The translations under genes were made by a program, and so were the position numbers. A stretch of DNA of 64,000 nucleotides from Mycobacteriales bacterium. GTDB taxonomy: Bacteria; Actinomycetota; Actinomycetes; JAFAQI01. The stretch spans positions 106,784 to 170,783 of the forward strand of contig DATAUK010000047.1 in the NCBI GenBank assembly GCA_036268295.1, written 5' to 3'. Below the pieces are notes generated by a model. It was not told the origin of the DNA and did not search any database. It worked only from the letters and a program-made list of their open reading frames with translations. Numbering within the stretch: position 1 is the stretch's first letter; each line of letters starts with the position of its first letter. Positions 39,674 to 48,102 of the stretch are shown here, piece after piece.

Positions 39674-39699
39674 CTAGTGGTCCGTCTGCGGACCACTAG
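39674..39699. terminator. perfect hairpin between convergent GH114 and APC-permease genes
   Basis: CTAGTGGTCCG-TCTG-CGGACCACTAG: an 11-bp perfect stem with a 4-nt loop. It overlaps the permease stop codon. Confidence 0.6.
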
Positions 39700-42137
39700 T
39701 CCGCGTCGAGCTCGTAACGGGGGTTCGCCATCGCGAGCTTGCCGTGATGGCTCATCGTGCGGCCGGTCGCAGTGACGCAGGCGCCGGCAACCATGCCGGC
39801 GATCGAACGCCGACCGTAGAACAGCAGCTCCATGCCGCCGGTCGCGTCGACCACCTCGCACACCAGGAGCGGCGAGTCAGCGAGCGGCTGCAGCCTGACG
39901 CTGCGGATCCGGCCGTGTACGACGGCGCGCTGGCGCGACCCCACCGCGCCAATCGGGTTCGGTCCCGGCGCCAGATCGCCGGCCAGCGCTCGGTTGAGAT
40001 CCACCGGTGGCGATCGCCGGCCGACCTCGCCGTTCGGGCGAGCCGGCCTTGCGGCGCCGCCGCCGTGAGCAGCCTGAGCGTTGCCTGCGCGGCCGTTCCA
40101 TCGCGCCATGCCGTTCAACCGCCCCAAGCCGCTGCTCGCGAGCATGCCGCCGTCACGCCGCGACGTATCGAACGGCACGATCGTGGCGGCGGCGTTCGGT
40201 GCCCGGCTCACCACCCGGGCGATCTTCTCGGCGGTCCGGTCGTGAAGCAGCCGGCCGAGCGCCGGGGCAAAACCCCGACGGGGAAGCAGCACCGTGACGT
40301 GCGTGCTCGACACCGAGGTCTCGCGAATGACCAGCTCGAGCGCCGCCCGGCCGAGCCGCCGGTCCGGGATGTCGACGATCTCCAGCTGGACGTTCCGCGC
40401 GGTCTGATCCCAGCGCTGCTCGAGCCGCCGCGACACCTTGTCATCGAGCGCGAAGTGCACCGCGCGAAGCTCGGTGGCCTTCAGCGTCTGGCCGTAGCGC
40501 AAGGCGTCGACGACCGCGAGGTCGAGTTCGTTGACGAACAGCAAGACGACGTGGCGCGAGAAGTTCGGCGGGCAGGCGAGTACGTCGGCGCCGATCGAGC
40601 CGAGTGCCTCAGCCTCTTCCCGATACTCCCGGTTCAGCCGGATCAGGACGAACACCAACGCCGGGAAGACGATGACGACGACCCAGGCGCCCTCGCTGAA
40701 CTTCACGATCGCGAAGATCGCCACCACGATCGTGGAGACGATCCCGGAGGCCAGATTGATCGCGATGCTTCGGCGCCAGTGACCTTCGTGGGTGCGCGAA
40801 TAGTGCTTGGCCATCCCGTAGCCAGCCATCGAGAAGCCGGTGAAGACACCGATCGCGTAGAACGGGACGAGGTTGTTGACGTTGGCGTTCGTGGCGATCA
40901 GCAGCACTCCGGCGACCAAGGTCAACACGATGATGGCATTGCTGAAGACGAGTCGATGGCCACGGCGGGTGAGCTGGCGCGGCAGGAACCGGTCGTCGGC
41001 AACGAAGCTGGCGAGGAACGGGAACCCGTTGAAGCTGGTGTTGGCGCCGGTGTAGAGGATGAGCGCAGTGGCTGCCTGCACCAGGTAGAACAACACGTTG
41101 CCCGTCAGGCTGTGACCGAACGCCGCCCGCGCCTCCTGGCTGATCACGGTCGGATAGCCGATGACGTGCGGCGCCGCGTGAGTCCGGTGCGCGATCCACG
41201 AGATCCCACCAACCAGGAACGCCAGGGTGGCCGCCATGATGACCAGCACCCGCTTGGCATTGCGACCCTCGGGTGAACGGAACGCGCCGACGCCGTTGCT
41301 GATCGCCTCGAAGCCGGTGAGCGAGGAGCCGCCGTTGGCGAACGCCCGCAGGACGACTACGAGGGTCGCACCTTCGATGAAGCCGCTTCTCTTCGAGACG
41401 CTGTAAACGCCTCGGGTGTGCTGGGGGTCGAACAAGACCAGATGGCCGGTCAGCTCACGGATCACGCAGACGACGATGACGAGCCCGGCGGTCGAGATGA
41501 AGAAATAGAGCGGGAAGGCAAAGGTCTTGCCCGCTTCGCGGATGCCGCGCAGGTTGCCGTAGAACAGGAACGCGACGACGGCGAGGGTCAGCACCAAGAC
41601 GAAGTGGTTGTCCAAGCGCTTGCCGAGCGACGGGAACGCCGACACCACCGCCGCCGACCCGGCCGCGGTCTGGACCGCGACGGTCACGACGTAGTCAATC
41701 AACAGGGCGACCGCCGCGATCTGCGCGATTCGAGGACCGAAGTTCTCTCGCGCCACGACGTAGGACCCGCCTGCCTTGGTGTAGATCGAGAGCACTTGGC
41801 GATAGCTGAACAGCAACAGCAGCAGGATCCCGAGCACGACCGCCGTGATCGGCAGGACCAGAGCGAACGCCGCCATCCCCGCGTAGGGCAATAGCGAGAT
41901 CAGGATCTCCTCGGTGCCATACGCCGAGGACGAGATGCAGTCCGGTGACAAGACACCGAATGCGACCGGGTTGGACAGTCGCTGCTCGGCGAGCTGGTCG
42001 GTGACCAGCGGCGGGCCAAGCAACCGACGCTTGACCCGATAGCCGACACGTTCGGGAAGCTCGACGTCGATCGGCAAAGGTCGCGCCGCGTCATCCACGT
42101 TTCGACGGTAGGAGCGCACCCGGCACCATCGCGTCAA
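39696..42137 (-). CDS. APC-superfamily permease with long cytoplasmic tail fused to a C-terminal OB-fold domain
   Basis: 813 aa. N-terminal permease of about 12 TM helices (KAGGSYVVARENFG). The C-terminal approximately 90 aa (RAVVHGRIRSVRLQP...LVCEVVDATGGMELLFYGRRSIAGMVAG...MANPRYEL) match the actinobacterial stand-alone OB-fold protein family. Confidence 0.85.
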   Translation of the reverse strand: MTRWCRVRSYRRNVDDAARPLPIDVELPERVGYRVKRRLLGPPLVTDQLAEQRLSNPVAFGVLSPDCISSSAYGTEEILISLLPYAGMAAFALVLPITAVVLGILLLLLFSYRQVLSIYTKAGGSYVVARENFGPRIAQIAAVALLIDYVVTVAVQTAAGSAAVVSAFPSLGKRLDNHFVLVLTLAVVAFLFYGNLRGIREAGKTFAFPLYFFISTAGLVIVVCVIRELTGHLVLFDPQHTRGVYSVSKRSGFIEGATLVVVLRAFANGGSSLTGFEAISNGVGAFRSPEGRNAKRVLVIMAATLAFLVGGISWIAHRTHAAPHVIGYPTVISQEARAAFGHSLTGNVLFYLVQAATALILYTGANTSFNGFPFLASFVADDRFLPRQLTRRGHRLVFSNAIIVLTLVAGVLLIATNANVNNLVPFYAIGVFTGFSMAGYGMAKHYSRTHEGHWRRSIAINLASGIVSTIVVAIFAIVKFSEGAWVVVIVFPALVFVLIRLNREYREEAEALGSIGADVLACPPNFSRHVVLLFVNELDLAVVDALRYGQTLKATELRAVHFALDDKVSRRLEQRWDQTARNVQLEIVDIPDRRLGRAALELVIRETSVSSTHVTVLLPRRGFAPALGRLLHDRTAEKIARVVSRAPNAAATIVPFDTSRRDGGMLASSGLGRLNGMARWNGRAGNAQAAHGGGAARPARPNGEVGRRSPPVDLNRALAGDLAPGPNPIGAVGSRQRAVVHGRIRSVRLQPLADSPLLVCEVVDATGGMELLFYGRRSIAGMVAGACVTATGRTMSHHGKLAMANPRYELDAD

Positions 42138-42218
42138 AGCAACGTCAAGACCTCAGGCAAAGGTGTGAAGAAGCCGTGAAAATGCTGGTATTGCGGCGTA
42201 CCCGGTCGTGTTCTCGAC

Positions 42219-44048
42219 GTGATGGACATCCACCAGCACGGGATCGGGCGGGCACCGGCTCATCTGGTGATGCCTGCGGCGGCCGGCCTGCTGTTGTGCC
42301 TCGGCGGGCTGGCGGCCGGGCTCAACGGCGAGCTGCCCGCCGACGGCGTGCTCACCGGCAGCGCGCTGATAGTCATCGTGACCGCGGCGGTCTGCGGGCT
42401 GTCGGCGACGGTGGCAGTCGTGGCGATCGGCTGGCTGACCACAGTCGCATTCGCCCGGGCGCCGTACGGCGTACTCGATACCAACCACCGGCCGTTGGCG
42501 CTCGCGGCGATCGTGTTGGTGACGGCAGCAGTGACTGGTTCGGGTGTCGGCGCGACGTCGCACGGATTCGGGATCACACTGGATGACGTGGTTGAGCCCG
42601 AGGACGTCGCACGGCCGCCGCGGGGACCGTCGATCGCCGATCTGGTCTCCGCAGTGGACGGCCGGCGGCGCCGGCTCGGCGTGGCGCTGGCGGTGGTCGG
42701 GCTCACCCTGCTGACCCTGGTGCTCGCCAGCCTGCGTCACGACCTCTCACTCGCCGACGAGCTGCTGATCTACCTGCTCGCCGTCGTTGCGGTCGCCGTG
42801 GTCGGCGGCTTCGGACCGGCGGTGCTCGCTGCGGCCGCCGCCAGCCTCTGTCTGAACTGGTTCTTCACGCCACCGTTGCACCGGCTGACGATCGACGAAC
42901 CAAAGAACCTGTTGGCACTGTTGCTGTTCATCCTCGTGGCAATCAGTGTCTCGAGCGTCGTCCATGTCGCGGCGAGACGCGCAACGCTTGCCGCGCGCAG
43001 CGCCGGTGAGGCGCACGCATTGCTCGGTCTGGCTCGCACCGTGCTCGGCGCCGACGACACTCCCAACGCAGTGCTGCGCCATCTACAGACCAACCTCGGC
43101 GTCGACTCCGAGCTGCAAGAACCGATCAGCACCGGCTGGGTGCGGATCGCCAATGCCGGCGAGATCGACGAGCAGTCGGCCAGGACCTTCGTCGTACGAC
43201 CGGACCTGCGGCTGGTGATCGACGACCACGCCGAGGAAGTCGCGCCGGCGCTGCTCGAAGCGGCGGCACGCCTCGCGGCGGCATCGCTCGACCGCGAGCG
43301 GCTGCGCACTCAGGCGTCGCAGGCCGAGGCACTCGAGGCCGGCAACCGGATGCGGACCGCGCTGCTCGCCGCGGTCAGCCACGACCTACGGACCCCGCTC
43401 GCCTCGATCAAGATGAGCATCAGCAGCCTTCGTCAGCCCGACATCGCCTACTCCGCAGCCGACGAGCAGGAGCTTCTTGCGACCGTTGAAGATTCTGCCG
43501 ATCGGCTCGACGGGCTGATCGCCAACCTCCTCGACATGAGCCGGCTTCAGACCGGCGCGCTGCAACCGTTCGTGGCGCCGGTGGCGGTCGAGGAGATCGC
43601 ACCGCTGGCGCTGCACGGGCTGCCGGGCGCCAACTCGGTGCAACTGGACATCCCGGAAGGCCTCCCACTGCTCCGGGCCGATGCCGGCCTGCTGGAACGC
43701 GCACTGGCCAACCTGCTGAGCAACTCGCTGCGCTACTCCCCCGCCGATCGGCCGCCGATCCTGGGCGCACGAGCCGGTGCTGACGGCGTGATCATCACGA
43801 TCGTCGATCACGGTCCCGGCGTGGTGGCGAGTCAGCGACAGACGATGTTCGAGCCGTTTCAGCGGCTCGGTGATCACGACACCGCGACCGGCGTCGGCCT
43901 CGGCCTCGCGGTGGCCCGCGGCTTCGTCGAGGCGATGGCCGGTAGCCTGACCGCCAGCGGGACGCCGGGCGGCGGGCTGACGATGACTGTCGTCCTGCCG
44001 AGTGCGACGGATCCGGCGAACACCGCGGCCCCCCGGCCACAGTTGTGA
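42219..44048 (+). CDS. KdpD-like sensor histidine kinase lacking the N-terminal KdpD/Usp sensor region
   Basis: 609 aa. Extra N-terminal TM helices, then a DUF4118-type membrane module (LLIYLLAVVAVAVVGGFGPAV...LNWFFTPPLHRLTI), a GAF-like linker, H-box AVSHDLRTPLASI, and a HATPase region (DHGPGV, GVGLGLAV). Confidence 0.85.
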   Translation: MMDIHQHGIGRAPAHLVMPAAAGLLLCLGGLAAGLNGELPADGVLTGSALIVIVTAAVCGLSATVAVVAIGWLTTVAFARAPYGVLDTNHRPLALAAIVLVTAAVTGSGVGATSHGFGITLDDVVEPEDVARPPRGPSIADLVSAVDGRRRRLGVALAVVGLTLLTLVLASLRHDLSLADELLIYLLAVVAVAVVGGFGPAVLAAAAASLCLNWFFTPPLHRLTIDEPKNLLALLLFILVAISVSSVVHVAARRATLAARSAGEAHALLGLARTVLGADDTPNAVLRHLQTNLGVDSELQEPISTGWVRIANAGEIDEQSARTFVVRPDLRLVIDDHAEEVAPALLEAAARLAAASLDRERLRTQASQAEALEAGNRMRTALLAAVSHDLRTPLASIKMSISSLRQPDIAYSAADEQELLATVEDSADRLDGLIANLLDMSRLQTGALQPFVAPVAVEEIAPLALHGLPGANSVQLDIPEGLPLLRADAGLLERALANLLSNSLRYSPADRPPILGARAGADGVIITIVDHGPGVVASQRQTMFEPFQRLGDHDTATGVGLGLAVARGFVEAMAGSLTASGTPGGGLTMTVVLPSATDPANTAAPRPQL

Positions 44049-44743
44049 CCAAGGTAGTGGTGATTGACGACGAGCCGGCGATCTGTCGGGCACTGCGGAT
44101 CAACCTCACCGCCCGGTCCTACGAGGTCAAGACGGCGAGCGACGGAGCCAGCGGCTTGGCTACCGTTGCGCGCGAGCGCCCCGATGTAGTCATCGTCGAT
44201 CTCGGCCTGCCGGACATGGACGGCGCCGAGGTCATCCGGGGCATCCGCGGCTGGTCGACCGCCCCGATCATCGTGCTGTCCGCGCGGGAGAACGAGGTCA
44301 CCAAGGTCGCCGCACTCGATGCCGGTGCGGATGACTACATCACCAAGCCATTCGGGATGGACGAGCTGCTTGCCCGGCTGCGGGCCGCGGTACGCCGGGC
44401 CACGCCCGCCGAGGATGCTCCGGTAGTCGTGACCGACGACTTCACGATCGACCTTGCGGCGAAGCGGGTGCGCACCAACGCGGACGGCGAGATCAAGCTG
44501 ACCCCGACGCAATGGCAGCTACTCGAGGTGCTGGTGCGCAACCGGGGCAAGCTCGTGACACAGCGGCAGCTGCTGCACGATGTGTGGGGTCCGGCGTACT
44601 CCACCGAGGCCAACTACCTGCGGGTGTATGTCGCGCAGCTGCGACGCAAGCTCGAGCCCGATCCGTCGCGGCCGCGCTATCTGCTCACCGAGACCGGTAT
44701 GGGATATCGGTTCGAGAACGAGAGCGTCGCCGCCGGCTCGTAA
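44045..44743 (+). CDS. KdpE-like OmpR-family response regulator
   Basis: Receiver domain (VVIDDEP, VIVDLGLPDMDG) plus winged helix (YLRVYVAQLRRKLE, GMGYRF). GTGA overlap with the kinase gene. Confidence 0.9.
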   Translation: MTKVVVIDDEPAICRALRINLTARSYEVKTASDGASGLATVARERPDVVIVDLGLPDMDGAEVIRGIRGWSTAPIIVLSARENEVTKVAALDAGADDYITKPFGMDELLARLRAAVRRATPAEDAPVVVTDDFTIDLAAKRVRTNADGEIKLTPTQWQLLEVLVRNRGKLVTQRQLLHDVWGPAYSTEANYLRVYVAQLRRKLEPDPSRPRYLLTETGMGYRFENESVAAGS

Positions 44744-44752
44744 AGGTCTTGG

Positions 44753-46411
44753 TTACGACCCGCGGACCTCGGCAACCGAAAGGTTCCAGGTGAGCGGGTT
44801 GCCGGCAGCGTCGGTGAGCTGGGAGATCACCGCATCGAGGTTGGCCCAGAGCCGATAACTCTGGCCGGCGGCGAGGGACGGCACTGACAGCGTCGCGGAG
44901 GTGACCGTGCCGCCGCTTCCGTCACACGCGATCGCGCCGGGCGTCCCGTTCGAGCAGCTGATTGCCGCGATCTGGAGCGGATGCTGGTAGCGGGTGACAG
45001 CCGGTTGCACTGCGAAGACGCTCAACGTCGAGGGCGAGACGTTCTTCACGCCCTCGCTGAAGTCCAGCGTGACGGTGTGTGCAGCCGCCGACGCGGTGGC
45101 GTTCAGGACCGAGGGCGCGATGACATCCCCTGGGTCGGACGTCACGGTCAGCGAGCCGGGCAGACCGGCGGCGATGAGCTTGGAGCTCGGATAGTCGGCG
45201 GCATTGCCGGCCCGGTCTGTGACGAGGACGTCGATCCGCCAGTTGCCACTCGGCACGCAGCGCGCGAAGCCCACCTGTCCGGTCCACTCGTTGCCGCTTC
45301 GGGTCAGGACGACGTTGCGGGAGCTGCCCGGCTCCGACGTCGACTGGCCGTCGACCGAGAAGCTTGCGCTGATCCCATGTACGCCGGAGAGCGCATCGGT
45401 TGCCGTCGCGGACACTGTCTCGACCTCCGTGCCGGTGGTCGTGTCGACGGCTGGCAGCGAGAGACTCAGCGTCCTCAGTGCCGGTGTGACGTGATCAACG
45501 CCGCTGGTGATCGTCAACGCACTCGCAAAGTGCCTCGCTCTCAGCTGGATCGCGGTGAGATCCCTCGTTGCCGGCTTCACGCCGCTTCGATAGGAGGCAA
45601 AGACCTGCGGCCGGGCGACGGCGTCGCCGACCCATTGCCTGACCGTGAGATCACCGGACCACTGATCGCCCGCGCCCCGAACGAGCGACACCGAGCCGAA
45701 GATTCTGCGGCCAGAAGCGGTGGCGACGAAAACCCGAACCGACCGCGGATGAGGCGCAGCGAATCTCGCCGTGACCCTAACCCGCTCGGGCCGCGACGTA
45801 GTGTCCACGAACTGCGGCGAGACGTCGAAGCCGGTCAACCGTCCGGCTTCGGTCGGCGGAGGATGTGACGACGTCGGCGTAGCCGGTCCGGTGACGGTCA
45901 GCGAGGTGTCCCAACCTGCTTGGAGCGTCGGGTCGCTCGGCGACTGCGCGCGAGCCGAGAAGTGGTTATAGATCTGGCTGTTGCCGGCGGCGTCGGTGGC
46001 GTCGACCTCGCGCAACAGCCAGGTTCCCGGCACGGCGTTCTTCGCGATGACGAACGAGCCTTGCCATACTCCGTCGTCGGGCGTCCCACTGACCGGCGAC
46101 AATGACCTCACATCGGCGCCGCCGAACCGGCCGAACACCACGACGCCGATCCGCTTGACCCCGCTGCCAAAACCACTTGAGGCGGTGTCGGTCGCCACGG
46201 CAGTGACAGTCACCTTGCGCGGACCGCTGAGATCGACCGACCCTGTGCTGAAGGTCAGGCCGGCAACCTGGGGCGGCACGGTGTCCTCCGGCGGACCGCA
46301 CAGACTGGCCGCCGCGGTGGCGGTTCCCGAGAGCAGCGGTGAAGCCGCCGCGGTCACGACAACCGCAGCGGTCGTCGACCAGCGCCACCACTTCGCAATG
46401 CCGCGAGCCAT
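44753..46411 (-). CDS. secreted protein with four tandem Ig-like/beta-sandwich modules
   Basis: Start trimmed to the ATG at 46411, preceded by GGAGG. Signal peptide MARGIAKWWRWSTTAAVVVTAAASPLLSGTATAAAS. Modules of about 110-130 aa repeat and end in ...D.AGN motifs. Confidence 0.7.
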   Translation of the reverse strand: MARGIAKWWRWSTTAAVVVTAAASPLLSGTATAAASLCGPPEDTVPPQVAGLTFSTGSVDLSGPRKVTVTAVATDTASSGFGSGVKRIGVVVFGRFGGADVRSLSPVSGTPDDGVWQGSFVIAKNAVPGTWLLREVDATDAAGNSQIYNHFSARAQSPSDPTLQAGWDTSLTVTGPATPTSSHPPPTEAGRLTGFDVSPQFVDTTSRPERVRVTARFAAPHPRSVRVFVATASGRRIFGSVSLVRGAGDQWSGDLTVRQWVGDAVARPQVFASYRSGVKPATRDLTAIQLRARHFASALTITSGVDHVTPALRTLSLSLPAVDTTTGTEVETVSATATDALSGVHGISASFSVDGQSTSEPGSSRNVVLTRSGNEWTGQVGFARCVPSGNWRIDVLVTDRAGNAADYPSSKLIAAGLPGSLTVTSDPGDVIAPSVLNATASAAAHTVTLDFSEGVKNVSPSTLSVFAVQPAVTRYQHPLQIAAISCSNGTPGAIACDGSGGTVTSATLSVPSLAAGQSYRLWANLDAVISQLTDAAGNPLTWNLSVAEVRGS

Positions 46412-46747
46412 CGCGCCTCCCATTGACCGGAAGCATATGGCGCCGCCCTGATGCTCGCCGGTTAGCAGATCGTTCTCGGTGAGCATCAGGACGCGGCGGT
46501 CGCACCCGGCGTCCTGCACGATCTCGCGGGTGGCCGCGGCGCCGCCAATGTCGGCTTCACCCTTGGCGTTCTTCACGCCCGCCAGACCGACGCCATCGCC
46601 GCGGCCCGCAGTGAGGTCGCGCACGTATGGACAACCGCCTCGCGGCGCAAACTTCCCACTTGGTGTGGCATGGCGGTGTTGCAGGTGCGGGCCGGCTCAG
46701 CACCGGAGCTGGTCGCGACGGAGCGCTTCGACCCGCTGGTCTGACCG

Positions 46748-47581
46748 CTACTTTGTCGACGCCTGCGCCAGCTCGGAACCCTTGACCGGAAGCGAGCCGC
46801 CAAGGCTGGAGCGGTACGCCGGGTCGTGGAACAGCTTCGCGGTCACCGGCCTGCCGCCGGGCAACACCTCGTGCAGCCCTGCGGCAAGCGCTGCGCCGGC
46901 AAGCGGACCGGCGACGTAGATCCAGTAGACAGCGAGTCGATGACCGAGGATTGCCGGGCCGAAGCTCCGGGCCGGGTTGAGGCTCGTGCCGGTGTATGCC
47001 GCGCCCTGCCACACCAGCGCCGCGACCACGATCCAGACGACCAGCGGGGTCCACGGCGCGGTGCCGGCACGCGAGGTCATCAGCAGGATCGCGAGCACCA
47101 GAGCTGCGGTCATCAAGGTCTCGACCCCGGCCGCCTGCACGTTGTCGAGACCGTGCCCCGGCACTGTCGCCCCGAAGCTCAGCACCCGAGCGGTGTGCCC
47201 CCACAAGCCTTCGACGGCAAGTGTGCCGAGCACCGCACCGGCAATCTGTGAGGCGGTGTAGCCGAGCAGGTCATGTCGATGGACGTTGCCGCGCAGCCAG
47301 AATGCGAGGGTGACGGCCGGGTTGAGATGCGCACCGCTTCGACGGCCCAGCGGCGAGATCGCGACGAGACTACCGGCGGCCGCGAACAACAGCCCGGTGA
47401 TGAGCAGCCGGGTCGAATGGCTCGGGACGTGTGCCGCGATCGCAGCGTGAGGCCCGAAGTCGAGGCAGATCGCCGACAAGCCACCGAACAGGAGCAGCGC
47501 CGTACCGATCAGCTCGCAGCTCCACTCGACCGGGTGCAGGCCGCGCTGTGGCTCGTGATGGTCCGGCGGCTCGACAGGCAT
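46748..47581 (-). CDS. MIP-family channel (aquaporin/aquaglyceroporin-like)
   Basis: Two NPA boxes (HLNPAVTLAF, SLNPARSFGP). The start is trimmed to the ATG at 47581, 2 nt after the Fur stop. Confidence 0.85.
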   Translation of the reverse strand: MPVEPPDHHEPQRGLHPVEWSCELIGTALLLFGGLSAICLDFGPHAAIAAHVPSHSTRLLITGLLFAAAGSLVAISPLGRRSGAHLNPAVTLAFWLRGNVHRHDLLGYTASQIAGAVLGTLAVEGLWGHTARVLSFGATVPGHGLDNVQAAGVETLMTAALVLAILLMTSRAGTAPWTPLVVWIVVAALVWQGAAYTGTSLNPARSFGPAILGHRLAVYWIYVAGPLAGAALAAGLHEVLPGGRPVTAKLFHDPAYRSSLGGSLPVKGSELAQASTK

Positions 47582-47583
47582 AC

Positions 47584-48069
47584 CTACTGGCGGGCCGCGG
47601 CCGCGCAGTCTTTGCACACCCCCGAGAGCGCAACGTGGCTGGCGTCGAGGCGGAAGCCGCTCGCCCGGCGGATCCGGATCGGGGTGTCGCCGAGGACGTC
47701 GGCCGGCAGGTCGGTCACCCGCCCACAATCCGAGCACTGGGCATGCAGGTGCGGCGCGCGCTGCGGTTGGCTCGCTGACCGAAGCGCGTCGGCGAGGTGA
47801 TAGGCGGTCAAGCCGCGGTCGAGATGCACATGGCGCAGGACGCCGGCCGCTGTGAGGCCCTCCAGGGTGCGATAGACGGTCGCACGATGAATCGGCGGGT
47901 CGCTGCCGGCTACCTGCTCGTGCAGCGCGTCGGCTGAGAGGTGCTCACCCCTGGCGGCGAGAATGCATGACAGCAGCGCCACCCGAGGCTTGGTGACCCG
48001 CTGTCCTACCGCTCGCAGCAGCGACGTCGCTCGCGCAGCGAGCGCAGCGTCGTCGAGGCCCGTAGTCAT
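47584..48069 (-). CDS. Fur-family transcriptional regulator
   Basis: wHTH motif (IHRATVYRTLEGLTAAGVL) and two CxxC pairs (CSDC, CKDC). The start is at 48069, or alternatively at 48093. Confidence 0.85.
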   Translation of the reverse strand: MTTGLDDAALAARATSLLRAVGQRVTKPRVALLSCILAARGEHLSADALHEQVAGSDPPIHRATVYRTLEGLTAAGVLRHVHLDRGLTAYHLADALRSASQPQRAPHLHAQCSDCGRVTDLPADVLGDTPIRIRRASGFRLDASHVALSGVCKDCAAAARQ

Positions 48070-48102
48070 AACGCCCAGTCTGCACCTCGGCACCGAGCGC
48101 CG

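Noticed and set aside
39744-41276. 510-aa ORF antisense to the APC permease
   Set aside because: Arg/Asp/Gly-rich shadow ORF. The opposite strand encodes an obvious polytopic permease.
46412-46624. In-frame 71-codon extension upstream of the Ig-like secreted protein (..GRGDGVGLAGVKNAKGEADIGGAAATREIVQDAG..LMLTENDLLTGEH..), which looks somewhat protein-like
   Set aside because: I could not match it to any family from memory. A strong GGAGG RBS and a signal peptide start at 46411. It may be a gene remnant, but I cannot support that without a search.
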